The notes under the pieces are model-generated. The model searched no databases. It saw nothing but the letters and a program-made list of their open reading frames with translations, and was not told the origin of the DNA. From Paracoccaceae bacterium (GTDB taxonomy: Bacteria; Pseudomonadota; Alphaproteobacteria; Rhodobacterales; Rhodobacteraceae), in NCBI GenBank assembly GCA_030148225.1, contig JASBTX010000038.1, positions 152,434 to 216,433 on the forward strand: DNA of 64,000 nt, in the 5' to 3' direction. The position numbers and the translations under genes are program-made. Shown one piece after another: positions 9,141 to 19,037 of this stretch (the stretch's first letter is position 1; each line of letters opens with the position of its first letter).

Positions 9141-9892
9141 ATTTCCGCTCCGTCTGGCGCGGCCGCACGCGTGGCCCGGCCGTTGATGAAATGAATGCCG
9201 CATTCGGTTTTGGCCTGTCCTCGCCAGCGCCCGGCGCGATCATCCTCGCCTTCTGCCACGGGCGAGGTGCAGGGACGGCAGCCAATGGACCGGAAACCCT
9301 GCGACACCAGCGGGTGGCGCGGCAGCCGGTTGTTCAGGATATACTCGGCGATGTCATCCCGGCTCCAATGCGCGAGGGGGTTGATCTTGATCCTGTCATC
9401 ATCCTCGTTTTCAAAAAACTCCAGCGCCGCGCGGCTGTTGCCCTGATAGCGTTTGCGCCCGGTGATCCAGCTGTCAAACCCGTGCAGCGCCGCGCCCAGC
9501 GGTATCACCTTGCGCAGCGCACAGCATTGATCTGGATCAGACAGATGCAAGCGCCCGTCTGCATCACCAGCGCTGATCGCGGTGCGGCTGGCATGAACCA
9601 CGCGAATATCGGTCAGGCCCAGTCGGTCGACCACATCCATCTGATATTGCAGCGTTTCTGCGAACAACATCCGCGTATCGACGAACAAAACCGGTGTCGT
9701 CCGATCCATGACCGAGAGCATGTGCAAAAGAACGATACTCTCTGCCCCGAAGGAAGAAACCATCGCGATCCGGCCCAGTTCGGGGTCATAAAGCGCGTGT
9801 GCCAGAACCGCATGTGCCGAGTGATGGCGATAGGTGCGGTTCAGTTCGGCCACACGCTCGGCGACCGGGGCAAGGGGTGCCTCAAGCGGCAT
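9137..9892 (-). CDS. cysH: phosphoadenylyl-sulfate (PAPS/APS) reductase
   Basis: SSFGAESIVLLHM, CCALRKVIPL and the C-terminal ECGIH motif. Start set at MPLEAP; the upstream part of the track ORF overlaps cysI and is not coding. Confidence 0.85.
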   Translation of the reverse strand: MPLEAPLAPVAERVAELNRTYRHHSAHAVLAHALYDPELGRIAMVSSFGAESIVLLHMLSVMDRTTPVLFVDTRMLFAETLQYQMDVVDRLGLTDIRVVHASRTAISAGDADGRLHLSDPDQCCALRKVIPLGAALHGFDSWITGRKRYQGNSRAALEFFENEDDDRIKINPLAHWSRDDIAEYILNNRLPRHPLVSQGFRSIGCRPCTSPVAEGEDDRAGRWRGQAKTECGIHFINGRATRAAAPDGAEI

Positions 9893-11552
9893 GGGCCTCG
9901 GCCTCCTCGGGGTAAAGCGCGGCGCGGAACGGGCCTGCACCCAACCGGCGATAGGTCGCGAGAAAGGTCTCGGCAGGCCCTTCGCGCAGGTCGAGATAGG
10001 CATAGACCAGCCGTTCGACCGCCGGGACGATTTCGTCATAGGCGAAACCGGGACCGGCGCGTTCGCCGATGGCCGCCGTTTCCGTCGCGTCGCCACCCAG
10101 CGTGATCTGGTAATTTTCCACCCCGGCGCGATCCAGCCCCAGAATGCCGATATGACCAACATGATGATGGCCGCAGGCATTGATGCAGCCCGAGATCTTG
10201 ATCTGCAGATGCCCGATATCATGCTCGAGCTTGAGTTCGTCGAACCGCGTGGCAATCTGCTGCGCCACGGGAATGGAACGCGCCGTCGCCAGCGCGCAGT
10301 AGTCCATGCCGGGGCAGGCGATGATATCCGAAATCAGCCCGATATTCGCCGTACCCAGACCAGCGGCCTTGAGGCGGGCATGAACCTCCGGCAGGTGCGA
10401 TTTGTGGACATGGGGCAGAATCACGTTCTGTTCGTGGCTGATCCTGAGTTCGTCATGCGCAAAATCGCGCGCGATATCAGCCATGACCCGCATCTGGGCC
10501 GAGGTCGCATCACCCGGCGTCTGGCCATGCGCCTTGATCGAGACCGTGACAATCGCATAATCGGGATGGCGATGGGCGCTCAGGTTCGTATCGGTCCAGG
10601 ACCGGAACACCGGGTCGGACTGTACTGCCTGCGCATAGCCATCAGTGGGCGCATTCAGGAACGCGGGTGGCTGGAAATGCTGCTCGATTTCCTTCAGCAG
10701 CGCCGCATCGGCACCGGCAAAGCTGGGCTTGATGGTCTGGAAACGCGCTTCGACACGGCGGCGTATATCCTCAAGCCCGTTTTCATGGACCGTAATCTTG
10801 ATACGCGCCTTGTATTTGTTGTCGCGCCGCCCCAGCAGGTTATAGACGCTCAGCACTGCCTCGATATAGGGCAGCAGATCGGCCTGAGGGACAAAATCAC
10901 TCAGCACTTTGCCGATCATCGGCGTCCGGCCCAGCCCGCCACCGACAAAGATGCGATAGCCGATCTCGCCCGTCTCTGATCTGACGATCTGAACCGCCAG
11001 ATCATGGGCGCGCAGCACGGCGCGGTCATTTTCGGCACCGCTGACGGCAATCTTGAACTTGCGGCCCAGGAACTGGAATTCAGGGTGATCGGTCGACCAT
11101 TGGCGGAGCAATTCGGCAATCGGACGGGGATCGGCAATCTCGTCGGCAGCCGCCCCGGCAAAGTGATCCGAGGTCACGTTGCGGATCGTGTTTCCCGAGG
11201 TCTGGATCGCATGCATCCCCACCTCGGCCAGCGCATCCAGCATGTCCGGCACATCGCGCAGTTTCGGCCAGTTGTACTGGATATTCTGGCGGGTGGTGAA
11301 ATGGCCATAGCCCTTGTCCCAGCGATCCGCGATATCGGCCAGCTTGTGCATCTTGGCGCTGTCGAGCGTGCCATAGGGGATGGCAACGCGCAGCATATAG
11401 GCGTGCAGTTGCAGATACAGACCGTTCATCAGCCGCAGGGGTTTGAACTCATCCTCGGTCAGCGAACCGTCGATCCGGCGCTCGACCTGAGCGCGGAACT
11501 GGGCGTTGCGGGCGGCGATGAAATCCGTGTCAAAATCGTTATATGCGTACAT
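9882..11552 (-). CDS. cysI: sulfite reductase hemoprotein (nitrite/sulfite reductase family)
   Basis: 556 aa with a siroheme/4Fe-4S cysteine cluster (ACPGMDYCALA...SGCINACGHHHVGHIGILG). Confidence 0.85.
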   Translation of the reverse strand: MYAYNDFDTDFIAARNAQFRAQVERRIDGSLTEDEFKPLRLMNGLYLQLHAYMLRVAIPYGTLDSAKMHKLADIADRWDKGYGHFTTRQNIQYNWPKLRDVPDMLDALAEVGMHAIQTSGNTIRNVTSDHFAGAAADEIADPRPIAELLRQWSTDHPEFQFLGRKFKIAVSGAENDRAVLRAHDLAVQIVRSETGEIGYRIFVGGGLGRTPMIGKVLSDFVPQADLLPYIEAVLSVYNLLGRRDNKYKARIKITVHENGLEDIRRRVEARFQTIKPSFAGADAALLKEIEQHFQPPAFLNAPTDGYAQAVQSDPVFRSWTDTNLSAHRHPDYAIVTVSIKAHGQTPGDATSAQMRVMADIARDFAHDELRISHEQNVILPHVHKSHLPEVHARLKAAGLGTANIGLISDIIACPGMDYCALATARSIPVAQQIATRFDELKLEHDIGHLQIKISGCINACGHHHVGHIGILGLDRAGVENYQITLGGDATETAAIGERAGPGFAYDEIVPAVERLVYAYLDLREGPAETFLATYRRLGAGPFRAALYPEEAEAHAA

Positions 11553-11600
11553 TCCGTTTCTCCTGACGGGTCGGGGCCGCGTCGCAGTGCCGGGTTTACC

Positions 11601-11912
11601 CTAGGCCTGATTTTCAGTGATCTCGCGTTTTCCATGCGGATAGTTCGAGGGTCCGATACTTCTGAATTCTTCACGAAAATGAATGGGTTCCGGGCCGTTC
11701 TTTCCGCGAACAGCGTCGGCCAGATAGACGCCAGCCACCTCGTGCAGGCGCCGGGCAGCCAGGCGCAGTTTGTCATGGGCGCGCTTTTCATCTTCGAACA
11801 ATTCCGCATCGGCCAGATTTCGGGTCCAGCCCTCGTTGGCATCCAGATAGATTACATCGCCATCCAGCAGGTGATTGGCGGTGACGACTTTGGGGTGGAA
11901 CGGGCGGGCCAT
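11601..11912 (-). CDS. DUF2849 domain protein
   Basis: 103 aa (ANHLLDGDVIYLD..GWT) placed between cysG and cysI, as is typical in alphaproteobacteria. Its start overlaps the cysG stop (TGATG). Confidence 0.65.
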   Translation of the reverse strand: MARPFHPKVVTANHLLDGDVIYLDANEGWTRNLADAELFEDEKRAHDKLRLAARRLHEVAGVYLADAVRGKNGPEPIHFREEFRSIGPSNYPHGKREITENQA

Positions 11913-13312
11913 CAGGCAAACTCCTGCGCGATTGTCTCGGAAATGGTTGCCGCTGCCCGGCGCGGGGCAAGACCCAGAAAGATCAGCGCCGGTCCGGACA
12001 GCCCGGCATCGGCGATATCGCCAGCCAGCGCCGAGAGCGTGGTCGCGATCACGCGCTGGTCGGGGCGCGAGGCGTTTTCGACGATACTGATATCCGTCTC
12101 GGGGCGGGCGCCATGCATCAAAAGACGCCCCTGCACGAACCGTGCAGCGCGCTTGCCCATATATATCGCGGCCACCGCGCCTGGACGGGCCAGTGCGGCC
12201 CAGTCCTGTTCGGCAAGCCCTTTCATGTCGTGGCCTGTCAGAATGCGCAGCGATGAATTGCGTCCCCGGCGTGTCAGCGACTGGCCGATACCGGCAACTG
12301 CTGCCGATGCCGCTGTAATGCCCGGCACGATGCTCCAGTCCAGCCCGGCGGCGTCGCAGGCCGCAATCTCTTCGTCCAGTCGGCCGAAAAGGGTCGGGTC
12401 GCCGGACTTCAGGCGCACAACTTCGCCGCCCCTGGCGGCCTCGTTCACGATGATGCGGTTGATGTCGGATTGCGCCATGGCCGGCCCGAACCCCTCTTTG
12501 CCGACATAGATCATGCGGGCTTCGCGGCGGGCCAGTTCCAGAATGCCCGGCGCGACCAGCCGGTCGTAGATGACCACATCGGCACGATCCAGCGCCTTGC
12601 GCGCCTTCAGCGTCAGCAATTCCGGATCACCCGGGCCCGCGCCGACAAAGGCGACGTGGCCGGGCTGATCGTCCAGCCCCAGATGCGTATTCAGCAGATC
12701 ATCAAGCGCGGTCTCGACCTGATCGGTGCCGCCCTGTGACAGGGCGCGCGGCCCGGTGCGAAAGTAGTATTCCGCCCAGAAATCGCGCCGTGCGCGTCCG
12801 GGCGACAGCGCCTCGGCGGCGCGGCGAAACGCCTTGCCGATGCGCGCCAGAACACCCAGATCTGCGGGCAGCCGCGCCTCGAGATCGGCTTTGATGGCGC
12901 GTGCCAGCACCGGTGCCGCACCTTCCGTACCGATGGCGATGGTGACCGGGTCGCGGTCGACGATGGCGGGCGTGATAAAGGCGCTGTCCTGCAGATTGTC
13001 GACGATGTTGACCAGCGTACCCTGCGCCGCCGCGATCCGGGCCACGCGCTGATCTTCGTCCGCGTCCTCGGTCGCGGCATAGAAAAGCCGCGCATCCGGC
13101 GCATCGCCCCGGACAAAGGCACGGGGTACAAGCGTCAACCGGCCTTCGGCGGCCCAGTCACGTATTTCGCGGGCGGGGCGGGCACTGAAAACGGTGATCC
13201 TGGCCTCGGTTTTCAGCAACAGCCGCAGCTTGGCCAGCGCAGCCTCGCCGCCACCGGCCACGGCAACGGCCTGTCCCTCAAGGGCCAGAAAGATGGGAAA
13301 ATGTTTCATCAT
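11912..13312 (-). CDS. cysG: siroheme synthase (precorrin-2 dehydrogenase/ferrochelatase plus uroporphyrinogen-III C-methyltransferase)
   Basis: N-terminal FPIFLALEGQAVAVAGGGEAALAKLRLL, then the methylase block VAFVGAGPGDPELLTLKA...VVRLKSGDP. Confidence 0.85.
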   Translation of the reverse strand: MMKHFPIFLALEGQAVAVAGGGEAALAKLRLLLKTEARITVFSARPAREIRDWAAEGRLTLVPRAFVRGDAPDARLFYAATEDADEDQRVARIAAAQGTLVNIVDNLQDSAFITPAIVDRDPVTIAIGTEGAAPVLARAIKADLEARLPADLGVLARIGKAFRRAAEALSPGRARRDFWAEYYFRTGPRALSQGGTDQVETALDDLLNTHLGLDDQPGHVAFVGAGPGDPELLTLKARKALDRADVVIYDRLVAPGILELARREARMIYVGKEGFGPAMAQSDINRIIVNEAARGGEVVRLKSGDPTLFGRLDEEIAACDAAGLDWSIVPGITAASAAVAGIGQSLTRRGRNSSLRILTGHDMKGLAEQDWAALARPGAVAAIYMGKRAARFVQGRLLMHGARPETDISIVENASRPDQRVIATTLSALAGDIADAGLSGPALIFLGLAPRRAAATISETIAQEFA

Positions 13313-13443
13313 CGCCTCGTCAGAATTGACTTGAATATAGAACATTGTTCTGGATATTGCGCCCCATATGGATGATTAAGGGAAAAATGTTCCGATATAG
13401 ACTGCGAACGGGACATGGTTTCGAATTGGAAAGGAATATCGGG

Positions 13444-13905
13444 ATGACGGTCCGGCTGGATGATACAGACAGGAAAATCCTTGGCGAGCTGCAGCGCGAT
13501 GCGGGCCAGTCACTGGATGAAATTGCCCGCAAGGTGAACTCGTCCAAGACGCCTGTCTGGAATCGTATCCGCAAGATGCGCGAAGGCGGCGTGATCGGGC
13601 AGACAACCGTGATACTCGACCCGGAAAAGCTGGGATTTGAGGCCTGTTTCTTTGTCCTGATCCGGACCTCGGAACACGAGGCGGAATGGCAGAACAGCTT
13701 TCTGACCGCGCTGCGCGACCGCCCCGAAGTGCAGGAGGCGCATCGCCTGGCCGGTGAGATCGACTATATCCTCAAGGTGCGGGTGGCCAATGCGCGCGCC
13801 TATGATGCGTTCTATCAGGCGCTGATTTCGGATGTGCGCATCTATAATGTCACCGCGCTCTTGTCGATGGAAGAGATCAAATCCACCACCAGCCTGCCGA
13901 TCTGA
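13444..13905 (+). CDS. Lrp/AsnC-family transcriptional regulator
   Basis: LDDTDRKILGELQRDAGQSLDEIARKVNSSKTPVWNRIRKM forms the HTH, followed by a RAM/ACT-like C-terminal half. It is divergent from cysG. Confidence 0.85.
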   Translation: MTVRLDDTDRKILGELQRDAGQSLDEIARKVNSSKTPVWNRIRKMREGGVIGQTTVILDPEKLGFEACFFVLIRTSEHEAEWQNSFLTALRDRPEVQEAHRLAGEIDYILKVRVANARAYDAFYQALISDVRIYNVTALLSMEEIKSTTSLPI

Positions 13906-13924
13906 TCCGCAGGATTGGGGCAGG

Positions 13925-15148
13925 CTAGCCGGCCCGGACCATCAGCGATTTTAACCCGTGAAAGTGGTAGACATCTGCGTATCGGGGCGTTTCTGCCAGT
14001 GCAAGGCCCGGCATTCGTTGAAAAAGGATGGGCAGCGCGATCTGCAGTTCCAGCCTTGCCAGCGGCGCGCCGACACAGAAATGCGGACCGGCCCCAAAGC
14101 TCAGATTTTGCCCGGCGGCGCGGTCCGGGCGGAACATGGCGGGCGCATCAAACCGGTCCGGGTCGCGATTGGCCGCCGCCAGCAGCGCCGCGACCTGATC
14201 ACCCCGCCGGAACCGGTGACCGGCAATCTCGACATCCGCGTAGACCCAGCGGGTAAACATATGCAGCGGCGGGTCAAAGCGCAGTATTTCCTCGACCGTG
14301 TTCACCGGATCAGCGATCAGCGCGTCAACCGCGTGCTGCCCGATCAGCGTGGCAACGCCATTTCCCATCGTGTGCACCGTCGCCTCGTGCCCCGCGTTCA
14401 ACAGCAGGATGCAGGTCGTGATCAGCTCATCCTCGCTCAGCCGGTCGCCATCCATTTCGGCGGCGATGAGTTCGGATATCAGATCATCGCCCGGGTGCGC
14501 GCGCCGCGTGTCGACATAGCCGCGCATGAAGGCCACGAATGCCTCGGTTGCGCTGACGGCGCGATCCTCATCGGCGCGGGTGCGCCCGGCCTGATACATG
14601 CCGACCATTGCGTTTGACCATGCCAGCAGGTCTTCGGCCATCTCTTCGGGGACGCCCAGCAGGCGGGCAATGACGATGACGGGGATTTTCTGCGCATAAT
14701 GCGGCAACAGATCAAATTCACCGGCCGGGAAGCGGTCGATCAGGTCGTGGCAGAGCGCGTCGATCTCGGCACCCATCCCCGCGATCCGGCGCGAGGTGAA
14801 GGCGCGCAAGACAAGGCCGCGCAGCCGCGTGTGGCGCGGCGCCTCCAGTTCCAGCATCGAATGCGCCTCGACCGCGTAAAAGGGCGCCAGATGCGCCGGA
14901 ATTTGAGGGGCAAACTCGGGCGGCGCCTCGCGCCCCAGCGCCCTGTTCTTCAGAATATCCGACGTGGCTGCATAGCCCACGGCCACGGGCATGTCATAGT
15001 CCTCCCACCTCAGGACCGGCCCGAGGCTGCGCATCGCCTCGTAGGCGGGATAAGGATCCTGAACAAATGCCGGAGCGGTGGGGTTTTGGCGAAAGGATTG
15101 CAATTCCGTCTCCTGCGGCTTTGCGGGTTTTGCCAACTGGCCAGACAA
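13925..15148 (-). CDS. cytochrome P450
   Basis: Heme-binding loop FGAGPHFCVGAPLARLE and I-helix LLNAGHEAT. Start is uncertain (TTG 15148, or TTG 15103 after AGGAGA). Confidence 0.85.
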   Translation of the reverse strand: MSGQLAKPAKPQETELQSFRQNPTAPAFVQDPYPAYEAMRSLGPVLRWEDYDMPVAVGYAATSDILKNRALGREAPPEFAPQIPAHLAPFYAVEAHSMLELEAPRHTRLRGLVLRAFTSRRIAGMGAEIDALCHDLIDRFPAGEFDLLPHYAQKIPVIVIARLLGVPEEMAEDLLAWSNAMVGMYQAGRTRADEDRAVSATEAFVAFMRGYVDTRRAHPGDDLISELIAAEMDGDRLSEDELITTCILLLNAGHEATVHTMGNGVATLIGQHAVDALIADPVNTVEEILRFDPPLHMFTRWVYADVEIAGHRFRRGDQVAALLAAANRDPDRFDAPAMFRPDRAAGQNLSFGAGPHFCVGAPLARLELQIALPILFQRMPGLALAETPRYADVYHFHGLKSLMVRAG

Positions 15149-15226
15149 AGCTCAAGCCCGCAGAGGGGGCCTTGACCTTGGCGGGCGGTGTTGCCATCGG
15201 TGAAGCAGATCATGACGGAGGGTGCG

Positions 15227-15973
15227 ATGCGGCGGAAACTGGCAGCGGGAAACTGGAAGATGTTCGGCACAGAGGCCGCGATTGCCGAGGTCGAGGCCTT
15301 GGCCGCGATGTTTCCCGAACCGGCCTGCGATATCCTGATCTGTCCGCCGGCGACCCTGATCTCGCGCATGTCTTTGCGCATGGGCGGCGGGGCCGTCGCC
15401 ATTGGCGGGCAGGATTGCCACCCGGCACCCGAGGGGGCGCATACCGGGGATATTTCCGCCGCGATGCTGGCCGATGCCGGTGCCACGCACGTTATTCTGG
15501 GCCATTCCGAGCGGCGCGCAGATCATGGCGAAACCGATGCGCTGGTTGCCGACAAGGCGCGCGCGGCGCTGTCGGCGGGGCTGGTACCCGTGATCTGCGT
15601 TGGCGAAACCCTGGCCGAGCGTGAGGCCGGTTCGACCCTGTCCGTTGTCACCGCCCAGCTGCAGGGTTCGGTGCCTGACGGGCTGGATATCGGTGCGCTG
15701 ATCATCGCCTATGAACCGGTTTGGGCCATCGGTACCGGAAAGGTTCCCGGCCTTGCTGAAATTGCGGAAGTGCATGATTTCATGCGCGAAAACCTGACAA
15801 CCCGCTTCGGACCGGGGGCGGATGACACGCGGCTTCTCTATGGAGGCTCGGTCAAGCCCGGCAACGCGTCGGACATATTTTCGGTCAGCAATGTCGATGG
15901 TGCGCTGGTGGGTGGCGCATCGCTGGCGGCGGCGGATTTCGGGGCAATCATCGCGGCGCTTGCGGCCTCGTGA
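15227..15973 (+). CDS. tpiA: triose-phosphate isomerase
   Basis: AAGNWKM, ILGHSERR, AYEPVWAIGTG, YGGSV. Start set at the internal ATG after GGAGGG. Confidence 0.9.
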   Translation: MRRKLAAGNWKMFGTEAAIAEVEALAAMFPEPACDILICPPATLISRMSLRMGGGAVAIGGQDCHPAPEGAHTGDISAAMLADAGATHVILGHSERRADHGETDALVADKARAALSAGLVPVICVGETLAEREAGSTLSVVTAQLQGSVPDGLDIGALIIAYEPVWAIGTGKVPGLAEIAEVHDFMRENLTTRFGPGADDTRLLYGGSVKPGNASDIFSVSNVDGALVGGASLAAADFGAIIAALAAS

Positions 15974-17196
15974 CCCCCACGCAAAGGTTCGATGCGGTCA
16001 TCCTCGGGGCAGGGGCGGCGGGCCTCTTTTGTGCGGCCGAAGCCGCCGCGACCGGCGGACGTGTGTTGCTGATCGATCATGCCCGCGCCCCCGGCGAAAA
16101 AATCCGTATTTCGGGCGGCGGGCGCTGCAATTTTACCAATATGGGCTGCGGGCCGCATGCCTTTATCTCTGAAAACCCCCATTTCGCGAAATCCGCGCTC
16201 AGCCGCTATACGCAATGGGATTTCATCGATCTGGTGGCTGGTGCGGGCATCGCCTATCACGAAAAAACGCTGGGGCAGCTTTTCTGCGACGGCTCGGCCC
16301 GGGAAATCATCCGGCTGCTGACCGATCGTCTGGCGGCGGCGGGTGGCACGCTCTGGCTGTCGGCAGAGGTCGGATCGGTCGACAAGGTGCCGGATGGATT
16401 TCGCCTGCAGATAACGCGCGACGGGCGCGAATGCCTGATTGAGACCACCCAACTGGTGATCGCCACCGGCGGCAAATCGATACCCAAGATGGGGGCGAGC
16501 GATTTTGGCTATCGTATCGCGCGCCAGTTCGGCCATGAGATTGTCGAGACGCGCCCAGCGCTGGTGCCGCTGACATTTGGCGACGGCACGATCGAGCCGC
16601 TGCGCGACATGGCGGGAATATCGGCGGATGTCAGCGTCAGCGCCAATGGCCAGTCGTTTCGCGAGGCGCTGTTGTTTACCCATCGCGGATTGTCGGGGCC
16701 GGCCATTTTGCAGATCTCATCCTACTGGCGTCCGGGGCAGGCGATCACCGTCGATCTGATGCCGGGGGGCGGGGCGCGCGAACAGTTGCGCGATCTCAGG
16801 CAATCGTCGGGGGCGCGCTCGGTCGGCAGGTCGCTCGCATCAATCCTGCCACAAAAACTGGCCCGGCACCTTGTAGGCCGCGCCGGACTGACGGGTAACC
16901 TTGCAGACCAGTCAGATGCAGATTTGCAACATCTCGTGACTGCAGCCACTGCGTGGAAACTCTGGCCGACGGGCACCGAGGGCTACCGCACGGCCGAGGT
17001 CACGGCGGGTGGTGTCGACACGGGCGGGGTTTCGTCAAGGACGATGCAATCGACCACCATTCAGGGACTTTACTTCATAGGTGAGGTTCTGGATGTAACC
17101 GGCTGGCTGGGCGGGTATAATTTCCAGTGGGCATGGTCGTCCGGCTGGGCGGCCGGCCAGGCGGTTGCCGAAAGGATCACATCCCTTCGAACTTGA
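15970..17196 (+). CDS. HI0933/BaiN-family NAD(P)/FAD-dependent oxidoreductase
   Basis: FDAVILGAGAAGLFCA..ISGGGRCNFTN...GGYNFQWAWSSG. The GTG start overlaps the tpiA stop. Confidence 0.8.
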   Translation: MTPTQRFDAVILGAGAAGLFCAAEAAATGGRVLLIDHARAPGEKIRISGGGRCNFTNMGCGPHAFISENPHFAKSALSRYTQWDFIDLVAGAGIAYHEKTLGQLFCDGSAREIIRLLTDRLAAAGGTLWLSAEVGSVDKVPDGFRLQITRDGRECLIETTQLVIATGGKSIPKMGASDFGYRIARQFGHEIVETRPALVPLTFGDGTIEPLRDMAGISADVSVSANGQSFREALLFTHRGLSGPAILQISSYWRPGQAITVDLMPGGGAREQLRDLRQSSGARSVGRSLASILPQKLARHLVGRAGLTGNLADQSDADLQHLVTAATAWKLWPTGTEGYRTAEVTAGGVDTGGVSSRTMQSTTIQGLYFIGEVLDVTGWLGGYNFQWAWSSGWAAGQAVAERITSLRT

Positions 17197-17527
17197 TGGA
17201 TTCTCCGCAGCCACAGGCCTCGGTCACGTTGGGGTTGTTAAAGCGGAAACCGGATTCGAGCAGCGTGACCTCGTAATCGATCTCGGTACCAAAAAGGAAC
17301 ATCTGCGCCATGGGTGCGATCATGACCCGCGCGCCGTCCTGTTCGATCACCTCGTCATGCGGATCGACCGTATCGACATATTCCATCGTGTATTCCATGC
17401 CCGCGCAGCCGCCCTTCTTGACGCCAATGCGCAGCCCCTCTCGCCCGTCGCGGGACATGAGCTTGGTGATCTGAGTCACCGCTGCCGGGGTCATCGTCAC
17501 GGCGGCCTTGCCGGGAATGGCGAACAT
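17177..17527 (-). CDS. HesB/IscA/ErpA-family iron-sulfur cluster insertion protein
   Basis: 116 aa with GGCAGMEY and a C-terminal CGCGESIKF. Confidence 0.85.
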   Translation of the reverse strand: MFAIPGKAAVTMTPAAVTQITKLMSRDGREGLRIGVKKGGCAGMEYTMEYVDTVDPHDEVIEQDGARVMIAPMAQMFLFGTEIDYEVTLLESGFRFNNPNVTEACGCGESIKFEGM

Positions 17528-17608
17528 GAAACCTCTCTTTCTGAACCAGAGCTAGGCCCTGGCGATCATCGGATCAAGCCCCTCATCAAGGACCGTCGCA
17601 GACGCCTG

Positions 17609-17962
17609 TCACATAAAGCCCAGTTCGAGCCGCGCCTCGTCGGACATCATGTCCATGCCCCAGGGCGGCTCCCAGACCAGTTCGACATTGACGGTTTTGA
17701 CACCGGGCAGCGGCTCGACCGCGTCGGCGATCCAACCCGGCATTTCACCCGCGACAGGGCAGCCCGGCGCGGTCAGCGTCATGATGATCGACACGTCGCT
17801 TTCGTCCGAGATGTTGATCGTGTATATCAGCCCCAGATCAAAGATATTGACAGGTATTTCAGGGTCATAGACGCTCCGGCAGGCCTCGACCACCGTGTCG
17901 TATAACGGATGTTCGGTGCTCGATTCCCGGATCAGGGCTTCACCTTCGATACGTGCGTCCAT
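17609..17962 (-). CDS. DUF59/SufT-like Fe-S assembly protein
   Basis: VYDPEIPVNIFDLGLIY...LTAPGCPVAG. Start set at the internal ATG (MDARIEG). Confidence 0.7.
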   Translation of the reverse strand: MDARIEGEALIRESSTEHPLYDTVVEACRSVYDPEIPVNIFDLGLIYTINISDESDVSIIMTLTAPGCPVAGEMPGWIADAVEPLPGVKTVNVELVWEPPWGMDMMSDEARLELGFM

Positions 17963-18200
17963 TGCCGAATTTCCGTCTTTGCGCCATTTACCTGAGCGAA
18001 GATATAAGGATTGCACCGCCAGGGGTCCAGAGGCGGCAGTTGCGAAATCTTGCTAGGGCGCGCAGAGCGGCTGTGCACCCGCGCGTGACCGACAGCGGCC
18101 GATTTGGCCATATGCAACAAAATCGACCGGCAATCTGGACAAATTCGGGCGCTGGCCGCAATCTGATTTCAGAAATCCAACACAAGATACGGGGAACATC

Positions 18201-19034
18201 ATGGTCAGATCACGAATTCTTGGCGCTACCGGCATTGCACTGGTGCTGGCGTTTTCGGCAGGCGGGGCGTATGCGGCGGGCGATTGCGCGGCGGGCAAGA
18301 CGATCACGGACGGAGTGCTGACCATCGCGACCGGCAATCCGGCCTATTTCCCTTGGGTCATCGACGACGCGCCTGAAACGGGCAAGGGTTTCGAGGCCGC
18401 CGTCGCCTATGAGGTGGCGATGCGCATGGGCTTTGACGCCGATCAGGTCGCATGGACGCGGACATCCTTTGACCAGGCCATCCAGCCCGGAGCCAAGGAT
18501 TTCGATTTCAACATGCAGCAATATTCGATCACGGCCGACCGCGAGAAGGTCGTCGATTTCTCGGTTCCATATTACCACGCGCCGATGGCGGTGCTGACCA
18601 CGCAATCGGTGGTGGATGGCGGTGCCGCCCCCACGCTTTCGTCGCTTGCCGGGCTGGTCTGGGGGGCCGACAGCAACACCACCGCCGTGCCGATGCTGAA
18701 CGAACTGATCGCACCGGCCAAATCGCCGCTTCTTTATAACGACAATACCGATGTCGTTGAGGCGATGAAGGCCAACCAGATCGATGCGGCGCTTTTCGAT
18801 CTGCCAACCGCGCTCTATCTTGGGGCGGTGGTGCTGGACGGCGGCGTGATCCTGGGGCAGTTTCCGGCTGACCGCAGCGAAAATCCCGACCGGTTCGGCC
18901 TGCTGATGGAAAAGGGCAATCCGCTCAAGGCCTGCGTTGACGACGCGCTGAACGCGATGACCGAGGACGGAACGCTGGCCGGGATCGAGGCGACGTGGCT
19001 CAGCCAGAATACCGGCGTGCCGGTAATCGAGTAA
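18201..19034 (+). CDS. amino-acid ABC transporter substrate-binding protein (family 3)
   Basis: Signal peptide followed by the typical SBP_bac_3 layout (LTIATGNPAYFPW...DFNMQQYSIT..R...VDFS.PYY). Confidence 0.8.
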   Translation: MVRSRILGATGIALVLAFSAGGAYAAGDCAAGKTITDGVLTIATGNPAYFPWVIDDAPETGKGFEAAVAYEVAMRMGFDADQVAWTRTSFDQAIQPGAKDFDFNMQQYSITADREKVVDFSVPYYHAPMAVLTTQSVVDGGAAPTLSSLAGLVWGADSNTTAVPMLNELIAPAKSPLLYNDNTDVVEAMKANQIDAALFDLPTALYLGAVVLDGGVILGQFPADRSENPDRFGLLMEKGNPLKACVDDALNAMTEDGTLAGIEATWLSQNTGVPVIE

Positions 19035-19037
19035 TCC

